Assembly (NCBI RefSeq): GCF_006345805.1
Contig: NC_042998.1
Location: 138,260,001 to 138,324,000 of the forward strand
DNA from: Octopus sinensis
Taxonomy: Eukaryota
Length of the DNA: 64,000 bases
Direction of reading: 5' to 3'
Under the pieces are notes generated by a model, which saw nothing but the letters and a program-made list of their open reading frames with translations, ran no database searches and had not been told where the DNA came from. The position numbers and the translations under genes are program-made. Positions 27,188-39,943 of this stretch are shown here, piece after piece; within the stretch, counting starts at the first letter, position 1; each line of letters begins with the position of its first letter.

Positions 27188-27233
27188 AACACAATGTTTC
27201 GGCTGATATACCCCCCACCCTTCATCAGGTGTC
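27188..27233 (-). ncRNA. Minimal type I hammerhead-like motif (left arm)
   Basis: gacac-CTGATGA-A-gggtg..tcagcc-GAAACATT-gtgtt. Confidence 0.55.
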
Positions 27234-27265
27234 TTGGGGGAAACCCAGGTTCGAAATTTCCCCAA

Positions 27266-27311
27266 GAAACCTGATGAAGGCTGTAGATTATATTAGCCGA
27301 AACGTTGTGTT
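27266..27311 (+). ncRNA. Minimal type I hammerhead-like motif (right arm)
   Basis: gaaac-CTGATGA-A-GGCTG..TAGCC-GAAACGTT-gtgtt. The palindromic AACGTT stem III is as in dimer-type Penelope hammerheads. Confidence 0.65.
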
Positions 27312-27991
27312 AACAACAAACAAGATGAGGACAAATATCCGTCAAATGTAAATAATGTAAATAATGCACTGAGAAAGATGTAATGGACTAGACCCCTCCC
27401 CAAATTTCAGACCTTGTGCCTATAGTAGAAAGAGGTATTATTATTAGTAGTGGACTTAAGACAAAGTATAAATAACGGACATTACATATTTTCCCTTTAT
27501 TTAGCTTACAGATCTTTCCAGCAGTCATTATAGGTACGTTTCTGATAGGTTTACTCAATTGGTCTCTTTATCAGTTGAGAAAAACTGAAAGATCTAATAA
27601 GTTAATTTTACTTTCGTCAGAGCCATTTCTGGTTATAGCAAAGCAGAACACTGAAGGAATGTTACATGCATGGGGAAGGGCGGAAAAGAGAAGGAAAAGG
27701 GCAAGATAAAGAAGAAAGGGGAAGACAAGTTACGATTTAGAAGGAAAGTATTAAAGTGAAGAGAAAGAAAGGAAAGAAGAGAGGATGGAATAGAAAGAAT
27801 AGACGAATAGACTCGATGGAAGAAGTGGACGAGGATGACCGAAATTTGGGAAAATGTATGTAGGAGGGATGTATGAAAAGTTTTGAGCCTTGAAGTCTTG
27901 TACCTTCATCAGAAGTCTTGTACAATGTTTTGTTTTTTGAGGCCCAAGATTTTTCATACACTCTTCGTGTGTATGTGTGCGTGTGTATGTA

Positions 27992-28070
<79 letters not shown>

Positions 28071-28072
28071 TG

Positions 28073-28558
28073 TACATACATACGAGACAGGAGACAGGCT
28101 CTCACGCAGTTCGCGTCTCTCAAATTTCTTCATAAAGCATTGGTCAGCCCAAACCCAGAAGAATACACTTGCCTAGGGTACCCTGCAGTGAAACTGAACT
28201 TGAAGTCACGTAGTTGCGTAACTGAGTTCTTAATAGCATAACACGTTATTTCCAAGCCACATAATTCATACAACGAGGCCCACTTAAACATGGTGTTAGT
28301 AATATTCCAGCTGCTAAAAGTGGTGAATATTGCTAACACCATGTTTAAGTGGGCCTCGTTGTATGAGTTATGTAGCTTGGAAATAACGTGTTATGCTATT
28401 AAGAACTCAGTTACGCAACTACGTGGTTTCGAGTTCAGTTTCACTGCAGGGTACCCTAGGCAAGCGTATTCTTCTGGGTTTGGGCTGACCAATGTTTTAT
28501 GAAGAAATTTGATCGACGCGAACTGCGTGAGAGCCTTCTCCTGTCTCGTATGTATGTA
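28073..28558. repeat. ~235-bp inverted duplication with 17-bp spacer
   Basis: Arms 28073-28307 and 28325-28558 are reverse complements with scattered mismatches. Each includes an old family A SINE head plus flanking DNA. Confidence 0.95.
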
Positions 28559-29044
28559 TGTATGTATGTATGTATGTATGTATGTATGTATGTATGTATG
28601 CATGTATGCATGTATGTATGTATGTATGTATGTATGTATGTATGTATGTATGCATGTATGTATGTATGTATGTATGTATGTATACTGGAACATGGAGAAT
28701 TAATGAATGATTTGGTTCAATTGAAGGGTTAAATTTCAATTTGTTTATTTATTTGCATAGAGAAAGCATCTAACAATCATTCTTGTTCCCTTTATGAAAT
28801 CTAAATCACTGGACTGATGATATGCATGACTTAGCAAAATAACAAAATAATGAAGACAGACAGCTTCTTAAAATGCGTAAAGGTAAACTTTTAATAACAT
28901 TTATATATTTCAGGCACAAAAGCCCATGATAAGAAGTGAACGGTATCTGGCTGGTTCTGTATAGATTCATATTGTGCCAAAACTGTTTTCAGCTGACCAA
29001 AAAGACACTCAGGTTTCAGTTGCGCAAGATCTCCTCGATTGTGT

Positions 29045-29333
29045 TGACAACGATGAAAACTTTTTGAAAACTTCGTGTAGGCCTCTGAGCAGGTATCGCC
29101 AATCTTTTGGTAAACTTTGATGCTCAACTTTCTCCGTCATGGTCAATGCGACGATCACACGTTACACACGTTATTTCCAAGCACTACTGTAAACATTAGA
29201 AGTAAGCTAGAACATTAAAACTTAGTGTGCATGCACAGCAGAGCTCGAGGTCAATCTATGCAAGCGGCTTTACTCTGCGTGCTTTAGCTTCGTTACAATG
29301 GAAACAGTCCGGATACTTATTGATCAGACCACA
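29045..29333 (-). mobile_element. Mariner 5' fragment (TIR plus N-terminal HTH remnant)
   Basis: TA|TGTGGTCTGATCAATAAGTATCCGGACTG TIR-like end. MTEKVE...IKVYQKIGDTCSEAYTK resembles a mariner N-terminus. Confidence 0.65.
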
Positions 29334-30554
29334 TACAATAACATGAGAAGATATCAAATGAAATATATACTTGGAATCATGGAAATATTTAATCACTACG
29401 GTCAGTTTTTGCCCATACCACACAAGTGGCTTGGTTTTAAAATCTAGTTATCGTTAGATTTTTAAAATATTATTTTTTGCTTTCCTTCATAAATTCATAA
29501 TTAATTTCATGGCTGCGATATTAATATGGAAATGAGATTTATTACCAAAATATTAATTTCAAGAATTGTCTTCCCACATCGAACACATAAATCTTACCCA
29601 TTATTTTAATCTTATTACCAGAATAATAGTTTTTTTTTTTTGTCTTTCAAAGTTTATAGCTCAAAAAAACTGTGACCTTCATATAGGTGAGAGTAAATTG
29701 AAGTGGTGACGTTCGCGTCACTGCTATGGCCTTTAATAGCATAATTAAGCTGAAATACGTATCGAAACTGAACTGTACTAGAAGCTGATCACTTTAATTT
29801 ACGGATGACGCTATCTCCGTGACAAGAAACTAAAAACTAACAAAATATTGTATTGAATCTACAGCCATTAGTCTTTGTAATAAGTATTTAATAAGAGTTA
29901 AGTAGTTTGTCTAGCCTATTAAACTAACATCTCTTTGAAGTACAAATATCACTACCGTTATCAGGTTATTAAAAAAAAAACAATGTATACAGAAAATTAT
30001 TAATCGCAGCTTTGCCACGCTTCTTATTTGACACAGATACGAAATGGTGGCAGAATTGTCACCACTAACAGTCCTACCACCACGGTGCATTCTCATGTAC
30101 CATCAAATTTGGAATGGCCAGATTTTCCTGATCGACATCATTCGTTATTTTCGTTTGTTCATATATAAGAAGAACATTCCTTATAGCTTTTCCTAGTTGC
30201 TTCAAGGGTTGTCTTGATGGTCTTCTACGACATCCTATCAAACTTGTTCGCTCTTTTTGGTTACAGGAAACAGACATTGATCTCTTTCCACATTGTTTTA
30301 TCCAAGTAATTATCTGTCAAAGCCCTTCCTAATTTCAAGCATGTATTTTGGTTGGTCGTGTCAAACAAAATAATGACTTATGAACAATTGATAGTTTGGT
30401 TGGCTGGTTGTTTTTTGGGAATGAACACTTCCATTACTACCTGAAGTGTGAATGTAATAATCCTAAATTCGTTTGTAAACTCTACACCTCAAACTTTTAA
30501 CTTGATTTAGCATGATAAATTGCACGTCGCTGTAAGAACGTATCCTATATTCTC

Positions 30555-30795
30555 TATTCACGAATGGAACCGCAACTAGAAAATTACCCCCCGGGTACAA
30601 ATCTGGAGGGGAGGGGGGCAAATTGTTTGTGGATGACCAGCAGTAGCCCATACATACCATCCTTCTCTAGATCACCGATTTGTCCAAGGGAAAGACAAAC
30701 GTTGATACAGCTTGGTACCAGTGACGTCACAACTCATTTCTATAACTGAGTGAACTGGAGCAACGTGAAATAAAGTGTCTTGTTCAAGTTCGCAA
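30555..30795 (-). mobile_element. Family E SINE fragment
   Basis: Matches 39195-39440. Confidence 0.8.
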
Positions 30796-30817
30796 CATAG
30801 AAAAAAACTACAACAAA

Positions 30818-31850
30818 TTAATGAACAATATACTCTCCATTGTTGTTTACGACTTCCTTCCATTGTTCAATGATGTTTTCGAATCCTCGGCGATAGAAAT
30901 TTCCCGGTCTTGACTCAAAGAAATCGTCCAACCAAACCCTCAATTCCACGTCATTATTGAACGATACACCACACAAAGCATTCGAAAGCGGTTGAAAGAG
31001 ATGAAAATCTGACGGTGCCAAACCTGGAGAGTATGAAGTATGAAGAAGCACTTCCCATTCAAGTTCTTGAACCGCGGCTTTGGTCATATTGACGATGTGA
31101 GGACGGGCGTTGTCGTATTGCAGAAGAACACCATTTCGCCTTTTCGGGTCTTTTTTGCTGAATTGCTTCGTTGAGTCGGTGCAGTTGTTGAACGTAGAGC
31201 TCCGCATTGAGTGTTTGGTTACGCTTAAGCAGTTCGTAATGAATTATGTCTTCCCAGCCCCACCATACACACAACATGGTCTTTTGATGATGAAGGTCTT
31301 GTTTTGCTCGCGGAGTCGCTTGTTTGTCGTGGCTAAGCCATTCTTTTCGCTGCTTCATATTGACGTAAAGGCACCGTTTTTTATCATCAGTGACAATGCG
31401 GTAAAGAAAACACTGTTTGTGACCATGTATTGAGCGATGTCAAGCGAGCAAACTGGTGACGGTTGTGGAGCGTTGATTTCGCTCAATGTGTGTGACACCC
31501 AAGCGCCAAGTTTCTGAACCTTGCCCATTGAGTGAAGGTGGCTTACCACAGATTTTTTATCACAAACCATCTGCCCTACCAATTTTCTGGTCGTTTGAGG
31601 TGGATTTTCGTGAGGAAGTTGATTCAATCGCTCTTCATCGAACTCAGTTGGTCGACCAGTGTGTGATCCGTCATTGGGGTCGAAATTCCTATTTTGAAGC
31701 ACAGAAACCAACGGCGGGCGATACTTTGAGGCATTGATCCTTCTCCGTATCTCACAGCTTACGAGCAGCTTCGGCGGCCATAACACCTCGATTAAATGCA
31801 AAAAGGAAATGGTATCGAAAATGCACAGTTTTGTCCACTTGACATTCCAT
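30818..31850 (-). mobile_element. Decayed mariner transposase (cecropia/mellifera-like), TIRs not found
   Basis: MECQVDKTVHFRYH start, GKVQKLGAWVSHTL, KTMLCVWW, LLQYDNARPH, SYSPGLAPSDFHLF, ending NNGEYIVH*. Frameshifted. Confidence 0.92.
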
Positions 31851-32495
31851 TATAAGGATCTGAAAATACACAAAAATCAAGAAATATTATAAAGAGTAGA
31901 TGTTCAGAAGTGAATATTTATATAGATATTATTATTATATAGATATATTGTTATTGTCTGCGGTAAATATAAATAGCCGATAATACCAACAACAATATGG
32001 GTAGTTGCAGGCCTTAAACAGCATTAGATAGCTATAGAATTAAAATTTATATTTATCATGAAAGGCATACAATGCACCTACCTGCTAGAAAGAGGAGTTA
32101 AAATCCTTAGTTAAACCACCAATAACACTGAAAAATTCAACAGAAAAACAACAGTAGTCGGGCGAACGGGTTAAATAATTTTGAAATACCAAAGACAGCT
32201 CAATGCTAAATATTTTGGTATTTGGATACACTTGAATCATGATTCTAGTTCTGGCGAGAAGCCTCAACCTTCATCAGTAATTTTATCAAGTGAAAAAATT
32301 GAACTCTGTGCCCTTATGATAAATATATGTGTGTGTGTGCGCGTGCGCGCACGTGTGTGTGCGCATGTGCGTGTGTGCGTATGTGTGTGTATGAATATAT
32401 CTATCTATATATATATATAGATATATTCATATATATATTCATATATATATATGTATATATTATATATGTGTACATGTATGTATTTTCTTATATTA

Positions 32496-32835
32496 TTTTA
32501 TTTGTTTCAGTCATTTGACTGCGGCTATGCTGGAGCACCGCCCTTAGTCGAACAAATCGACCCCAGGACTTATTCTTTGTAAGCCTAGTACTTAATCTAT
32601 CGGTCTTTTTTACCGAATCGTTAAGTTACGGGGACATAGACACACTACGTGTGTGCGTGTGCGTGTGTGTGTGTGTGTGTGATAGCGCTTGACAACCAGC
32701 GTTTATTTGTTTACATCTCCGCAAAAGGGACGGATAGAATAAGTATTAAACTCGAAAATAAGTAGTAGGGTCGATTTGTTCGACTAGACCATTTAGGCGG
32801 CGCCCCAGCTTTTGTCAGCATCCAGTAACTAAAAC
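32496..32835. mobile_element. Two family A SINE 3' halves in inverted orientation around a TG repeat
   Basis: 32496-32645 (minus) and 32680-32835 (plus) both match the family A 3' module. Confidence 0.75.
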
Positions 32836-33384
32836 AACTAAAAGATAAAAGATAAGAGATGATTTTCAAAATTAACTGAAACCAAAGCAATGTATTTCAA
32901 CAGAAATATGGTAACAAAAGGATTAAAAACTTCTTTCTCTGCTACCAATGCTATAGACTGTTTCTACTCTAGCTAAGTGTTTTTCGAATACCAAGAAATA
33001 AACGAATAAATGTGTTTTGTTTGATGTTGCTGCACAAACGAATTACTTTGAAGTATTTCCATTAAGAAGAACGTGTAATTATTTTGTATTACTGTGGTTC
33101 ACAGGATATACATTTTCGGCCTCAATTAAACCTGACTGAGGAATGATATACAAGGTGTGATGAACGAAGCTATGGATGACTTCCAAAATTTCAACCGTCT
33201 CATTTTCCGATCATAAATCTTAACTAACGTCTATTAACGTCTAATAACAATTACAACAATAGTAACACCAACAACAGCAACGAAATTGCTAAATCATGTT
33301 ATTAACTATGCATTTGATTCAAAATTCGGCAGTAAGCTTACAACTTCATTTCTAATGTTTTTTTTTTTGGTTTTTTTCTTGATC

Positions 33385-34178
33385 CCTAAAACTCATAAGG
33401 CCGTTTTCCTGGTTTTCATCGGTGCATAAGCGACCGAGATGACAATCGTTCCTGTTGAACGGAACGTGGAGGCACGTGGCTTAACAGTCAGGGTGTTGGA
33501 CTCATGATCGTAAGATTGTAGTTTCGATTGGACCGGGCGACGCGTTGTGTTCTTGAGCAAAACATTTTACTTCGTGTTGCTCCAGTCCACTCAGCTGGCA
33601 AAAATGAATAATCCTGCGACGGACCGGCGTCCCATCCAGGTGGGGAAAATATACGCCATGGAAACCGGGGAAACCGACCCTATGAGTCTATATGACTCGG
33701 GAGAGAGTTCTACTTTTTTTGGAGGCACGTGGCTTAGTGGCTAGAGATGTTGGACACATGACTGTAAAACTGTGGTTTCGATTCCTGGACCGTTGTGTTC
33801 TTGAGAAAAACACTTTATTTAACGTTGCTCCAGTTAACTCTGCTGGCAAAAATGAGTAATCCTGTGACGGACCGGTGTCCCGTCCTGGTGGGGAATACAT
33901 ATACCATGAAACCGGGAAACTGGCCCTTGTGAATTGGTATGACTCGAGAAGGTGTTTTTACCTTTACCTTGAACGGAACGCCGATGCATTTCAGGGTTCA
34001 AGGCCAATAATTTTAAAGAGAGGAGACGACCCCAGTTCTTGACTAGTACTTTCTATTATCGACCCCGAAGGAATGAAAGGCAAAATTGCTCTCAGTTGGA
34101 TTTGAAGTCAGAAACGTAAAGAGCTGGAAGAAATGCCGCTAAGCATATTCTTCCATGTGCTAACGATTCTGCCAGCTC
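33385..34178 (-). mobile_element. Chimeric SINE (family D head and core with a different 3' tail), interrupted by a SINE dimer
   Basis: The same D-plus-tail arrangement is uninterrupted at 61895-62192 and partial at 5380-5600. Confidence 0.7.
33467..33968 (+). mobile_element. Tandem dimer of family C tRNA/CORE-like SINE
   Basis: Units 33467-33720 and 33721-33968, with a 12-bp TSD TTGAACGGAACG at 33455-33466 and 33969-33980. Confidence 0.9.
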
Positions 34179-34206
34179 TATGCCTTTCTAAAGTTACTGA
34201 ACATAT

Positions 34207-34412
34207 AAGACGGCAAGCTGGCAGAATCGTTAGAACGCTGGGCAAAATACTTAGCAGCATTTCGTCCGTCTTCACGTTCTGAGTTCAAATCCTGCCTAGA
34301 TCGACTCTGCCTTTTATCCCTTCGGTATCGATAAAATAAGTACCAGTTGAAATTCCTGGACTTACCCTTCCCCTGAAATTGCTGGTTCTGTGCCAAAATT
34401 TGAAGCCATTTA
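34207..34412 (+). mobile_element. Family D SINE
   Basis: Matches the 24354-24581 unit. Confidence 0.85.
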
Positions 34413-34814
34413 ATGGACATATATTATTTGACTACAAAAGCCCAAGTACTCAACCTGTACCTCACACGAGACCTCATTACTCTTTATAAATGGCGTTTCT
34501 GTTACAATTTGCAGCGTTGAAATACACTTAATGTAAAAAAAGAAAAAAAGAAAAATAAAAAGAAAAATACCCACATCTTATGGACTGCAAATGTTGTTTT
34601 AGAAAGGAAGAGAGAATGACAGTAACAAAATATTAAATTACCGAAGATTATTCCTTTTCCATCAATCATCACCCCCAGCCTCACCGTCGCCAACACCATT
34701 TTGTAGAGTTGATGAAATTGGATGTTAGCAATTGATCAGAGTCGTTCTGAGTATCAAATGTCATTCTTATTACGAAAATAAATGTGACGAAAAATAATAA
34801 CAGAAATGAAAAGA

Positions 34815-35030
34815 TTATAATAAACCTTTTTACTTTAGGCACAAGGAATGAAATGTTGGAGGAGAGCGCTAGTCGATTACATCGATCCCGGTGTTTCACT
34901 GGTACTAAATTTACCGACTTCGAAAGGATGAAATGCAAAGTTGAACTCGGCGGAACATGAACTCAGACGGACGAAATGCCACTAAATATATCGTCCGGTG
35001 TGCTAACGATTCAGCCAGCTCGCCGCCTTT
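34815..35030 (-). mobile_element. Family D SINE
   Basis: Reverse-complement match to family D. Confidence 0.85.
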
Positions 35031-35211
35031 GAAAAAGTTATAATAACGTTGTAAAGTAAACATTGAAAAAGAAGTGGGATCTTCTTGGAGTTTCTGGATG
35101 AACTTTAAAACAATCGATCTTGAAAAGATGATGCAGACAGTGGTGATTAATCGTTTTATGATAGGGTCTCTGGGGTACGAATACACACGCGTGCGCACAC
35201 ATACTTACATA

Positions 35212-35722
35212 CCGTAAATCTTCGAGTATAATCCGCATTTTTTCCCAAAATTTAAAGGTCAAAATCCTTAGTGCGTACTATATACGAGGTTAAAAATGAA
35301 AATTATTTTCTAAGCAATGTCCGAGTCTCGATTTGCTGTCCGGCAATGTTTATTCAGATGTATTTTGTGATGTCGGGCGCGAAAATACCTTAAGCTAAGC
35401 CTCAAAGCAATGAAGTCATAAAAGAATCATCCATAACTTGCAGTAAGCAACATTTATTAAACGTTATTACTGTTATTTCTTTATTTTCTGCAAACAAAAT
35501 GCACAAAAAAGCTACACGTTTGCATTATGTTATATATACAATAATAATAAAGGGCGTTACCGTATACATTTTTACAAACTAAGGACGTTATATAGACCTC
35601 CATGACTCAAGTTAGAGAAGGGGTGCGTATTATACACAAGGTTTAGGTTTTTCAGAGGTACAGCCCCCTACAAATCCCCTGCATATTATACTCAATGGCG
35701 GACTATACTCGAGCATTTACGG
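35212..35722. mobile_element. pogo/Tc2-like MITE
   Basis: TIRs CCGTAAATCTTCGAGTATAATCCGC and GCGGACTATACTCGAGCATTTACGG, TA on both flanks, and subterminal TGCRTAYTATA repeats. Confidence 0.88.
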
Positions 35723-36092
35723 TACTTATATATGATCACATACACACCCACATATATACACATATATATGCACACACACATATACACACACAAACACACA
35801 CGTACACATACACAGAGATATATATGCATATATATATACACACATATATGTTCAGTGGTCTCATTTAGTTCAATTGTACAGGTATAATGGTGAGTAAACG
35901 TTAATTATTTTCATTTATTTAATCATGATTTTTTTAAACGCTGTAACTTTAAGCAGAAACTTATGAAAAATCTGTGTGTGTGAATGTGTGTGTGTGCGTC
36001 TGTCTGTGTGTGTGTTTGTGGGAATGTGTGTGTGTGCGCGTGCGTGTGTGTGTGCGTGCGTGCGTGTAAATATTATTGCTGCTGGTATACAA

Positions 36093-36235
36093 CCTGTAGT
36101 ATTTCTGCTAAGCGTTTAACAGTATTTCTGTTAAATACCCTGTAGTATTTCTGCTAAACACCCGACAGCATTTCTCACTATCCTTCAGTATATCTACTAA
36201 ATCCCCGACAATATATCTGCTAATTACCCTGCGAT
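36093..36235. repeat. ~23-bp minisatellite, about 6 degenerate units (CCTGTAGTATTTCTGCTAAA..)
   Basis: Read directly from the sequence. Confidence 0.8.
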
Positions 36236-36578
36236 ACACATTTAAGATCCTTTTACTCTCTAACTTGAAATCATAGCAGGATTAACTTAACCAATTATCG
36301 CTCCGGGGTTGATAAAATAGATGCTATTAATGCTCTGAATGCACTAAAGTTATTCCCTTATAACTCTACAACCTTATAAATACGATACAAACCTACACCT
36401 CAAACGTTTTTAAGCGATTATCCCCCAGTATTTACTTTTATTCCACCAACGTTCTAACTTCAAATCTTGCCAGACGCGATATTACTCTTCATAACGCAAG
36501 GTTCGGCATGAAAAGAACAATATAGGGACGCTTGGTCCATTTGGTTATACCAGCCTCATCGAAAACTACTCCTGTGTC

Positions 36579-36967
36579 TTACTCTTTTACTTTTTTACTT
36601 GTTTCAGTCATTTGACTGCGGCCATGATGGAGCACTGCCTTTAATCGAGCAACTCGATCCCAGGACTTATTCTTTGTAAGCCCAGTACTTATTCTATCGG
36701 TCTCTTTTGCCGAACTGCTAAGTGACGGGGACATAAGCACACCGGCATCGCTAGGACAAACGCAAACATACACGTACACATATATACATATATATACATA
36801 TATGCGACGGGCTTCTTTCAGTTTCTGTCTACCAAATCCACTCACAAGGCTTTGGTCGGCCCGAGGCTATAGTAGAAGACACTTGCCCAAGGTGCCATGC
36901 AGTGGGACTGAACCCGGAACCATGTGGTTGGTAAACAAGCTACTTACCACACAGCCACTCCTGCGCC
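36579..36967 (-). mobile_element. Family A SINE, full length
   Basis: Near-identical to 1392-1789. Confidence 0.9.
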
Positions 36968-37044
36968 ACAAACATGAAAGCATAAATGAATACATAGATA
37001 TACATACGTGCATACATGCAAACATGCATGCATGCATGCATACA

Positions 37045-37078
<34 letters not shown>

Positions 37079-37160
37079 CATACATTCATAAATACATACA
37101 TGCATACAGAGAAACATTTACCTAATATATATTACCAGTCTCGTCACCACCACTTTCTCT

Positions 37161-37636
37161 TAGGCATGGCTGTGGGGTAAGAAGCTAGGCGCAGGCGTGG
37201 CTGTTGGGTAAGAAGCTAGGCGCAGGCGTGGCTGTGTGGTAAGAAGCTTGCTTCCCAGCCACATGGTTCCGGGTTCAGTTCTACTGCGTGTTACCTTGGG
37301 CGTGTTACTATAGCCTATGGCTAACCAGAGCCGTGTGAGTAGATTTGGTAGACGGAAACTGAGAGAAGCCCGTCATATATGTATATATGTAAGTATATTT
37401 ATATGTGTGTCTCTTTGAGCCTGTGTTTGTCTTCCCACCATCGCTTGACAACCGATGTCTGTGTTTACGTCCCCGTAACTTAGCGGTTGGGCAAAAAAGC
37501 CCGATAGAATAAGTACTAGGCTTACAAAGAGTAAGCCCTAGGATAGATTACTTCGACTAAAACCCTTTAAGGCGGTGCTCCAGGATTGCCGCAATCAGAT
37601 GCCTGAAACGAGTAAAAGAATAGGAGTAAAAGAATA
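37161..37636 (+). mobile_element. Family A SINE with triplicated 5' end
   Basis: AGGC..TGGCTGT..GGTAAGAAGCT occurs three times (37161, 37186, 37217), followed by the full body. Confidence 0.88.
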
Positions 37637-38668
37637 AACGCATATAATTTAGATGAGTAGGTAGGTGTGTGCAGGCATGCGCATGCGTGCTTTTCCGTCT
37701 ATTCTCCCGTTTGTCACTTTTTCGCTTAACATACATAAATTAATCCATTCATTTATCTATATTTCCTTCGTTTGAATATCACTCCTTTTTCTCCTATTTC
37801 TCATTTCATCTCTCTATTTCTTCTTCTTTTCATTATTTTCCTCACTCTTCTTTTCTTTCTTCCTGTCTTTCTCACTCCCCCTTTCCCATCAACCTCTATG
37901 AATTACTATTCTGTTTATCAACATATCTTACTCTTTAATTCTAACGGAATTCTGCTACTAATACTCTCCATGAAAATTCCAATATTTTCATTTCTCATTC
38001 CTCATTTTTCAAAAACCGATCATCGTTTGTTATTACTAATTTCACTTTCTCTCTTACTTGCAATTCACCGAGTCCGAGCCAGAAGAGAGTTCAATAGATA
38101 TTTCCTTTCATATACGGACATATTGAGTGATTAATCCTGCAGAACTTCTTGGGGGCAACGATAATAAAAGATGGCGAGAAAATGGATGGAGCAAAGTTCA
38201 TAAAACATTGGAAGATAAATGAGACAGATGAAATAAAAAATTTACTTGGCTATTAAATGACAGAGAGAAGACAACATGCAGTAAATACTTTCAAATGTTC
38301 ACATTTACGTATAAAAGTGTGTGATACAAATATTTGTATATGTGTATGGACCTTGCCTCTATACATCATACTCTTCGCTTCATCATATATTTATACATAT
38401 GTACATTCACGCATGTACGTGTGCATGTATGTATGTATGTACGTATGTATGTATGTATGTATGTATGTATGTATGTATGTATGTATGTATGTATGTATGT
38501 ACGTATGTATGCATAATCTATATATCGATGCTTATATCAATCACTCTATCTATCTAGCTAGCTAGCTAGCTAGTCAGTTATGGTGCGTGTATTTGGTAGA
38601 ACAAACAGGATAAATAAAATTCAATATATGTATGTGTGTGTATTCATGTGTTTGTATGTTTGTGTGTT

Positions 38669-38711
<43 letters not shown>

Positions 38712-38759
38712 ATACTTACTTACAAACACACATGCACATGCATATATATATATATACAT

Positions 38760-39076
38760 GTGAAGGCGTTTGACTTAGTGGCTGGGGTATTCCGCTGAAG
38801 GTCGTCAGATCGATACCCGGCAGTGGGTTGTGTCCTTGAGCAAGTGACTCTATTTCACATTGCATTAGTCTATTCAACTGACAAAAATGAGTAGTACCTG
38901 TATTCCAAAGGGCCAGCCTAATCACATTTTGTGTCACGCTGAATCTGCTGGAAACCACGCTAAGAGGACGCGTGTCTGTGGAGTGCTCAACCACTTGAAC
39001 GTTAATATCACGAGCAGATTATTCCGCTGATCGGATCAACTGGAACACTCGTCGTCGCAACCGACGGAGCGCCAGT
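38760..39076 (+). mobile_element. tRNA/CORE-like SINE with family B 3' module
   Basis: The 3' part matches 49345-49528, while the head and core resemble families C and E. Confidence 0.8.
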
Positions 39077-39194
39077 ATACATATATAATCGGCAAAATGT
39101 TACAAAAGTGGCATGTACTAAGCTATCAAGTCTTGAGTCACTTTTATGAATTTATTTCGATTAAAAATATTATACATACAAACATACATAATTG

Positions 39195-39530
39195 GAGACC
39201 CCCTTCGGTCATGAATGACCATGGGATTGCACCTAGAAAGTTACCCTCCGAGGCACAAGTCAGGGCAAGATTGTTTGTGGAAGGCTAGCAGTCGCCCATG
39301 CATACCAGCCTTCCCTCTCCACACCACTGATGTTATCCAAGGGGAAGGCAGAGGCCGATATAGCTTGGCACCAATGATGTCGCAACTCATTTCTACAGCT
39401 GAATGAACTGGCGCAACGTGAAATAAAGTGTCTTGCTCAAGAACACAACACACATCCCGGTCCTGGAATCGAACTCACAACCTCATGATCGTAAGCTCTA
39501 CGCTCTAACCACTGAGCCATGCGCCTTCAC
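39195..39530 (-). mobile_element. Family E tRNA-derived SINE, full length
   Basis: Minus strand GGCGCATGGCTCAGTGGTTAGAGCG...AGTTCGATTCC (A/B boxes) and CORE-like GTTCTTGAGCAAGACACTT. Other copies at 46355-46650, 44763-44960 and 30555-30795. Confidence 0.9.
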
Positions 39531-39836
39531 ACAAACATAATTAATATACAATACATGCTAAATTAATATAAACAGCTAGGCGCAATGTAATCGACTACTA
39601 TCAGCATAACACACATTCTCTTAATATTCCACTTGACCTATGTTATCAGGGTTATCTCTTTTGCTTGTTGTTATATTTGAAACGTGTGTAGAGGCCGATT
39701 GCAGAATTATTTCAGTTAATCGAAATCTTTCAACTGCCTTTATTACATATGCGAGACCTTCCTGTACTGTTTTTATGTTTAGTATTACAAAATTTATAGA
39801 AAACTATATGAGAGTGTGTGTATGAATGCATGTGTG

Positions 39837-39943
<107 letters not shown>

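Larger units (their letters stand above)
27096..27366. mobile_element. Palindromic Penelope-like element with two minimal hammerheads
   Basis: Inverted arms of about 110 bp, and a 13-bp TSD CACTGAGA(T/A)AGAT at 27083-27095 and 27367-27379. Confidence 0.8.
26995..27450 (+). mobile_element. Family D SINE interrupted by a palindromic insertion
   Basis: SINE sequence stops at about 27095 and resumes at 27367. Confidence 0.8.

Noticed and set aside
29990-30390. Possible DNA-transposase remnant (FDTTNQNT...IGCRR)
   Set aside because: Only two short motif-like words in different frames; BLASTX would be needed.
36093-36235. Short repeats superficially like a CRISPR array
   Set aside because: The units are contiguous and degenerate without unique spacers, the context is eukaryotic, and there are no cas genes. 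This is a minisatellite.
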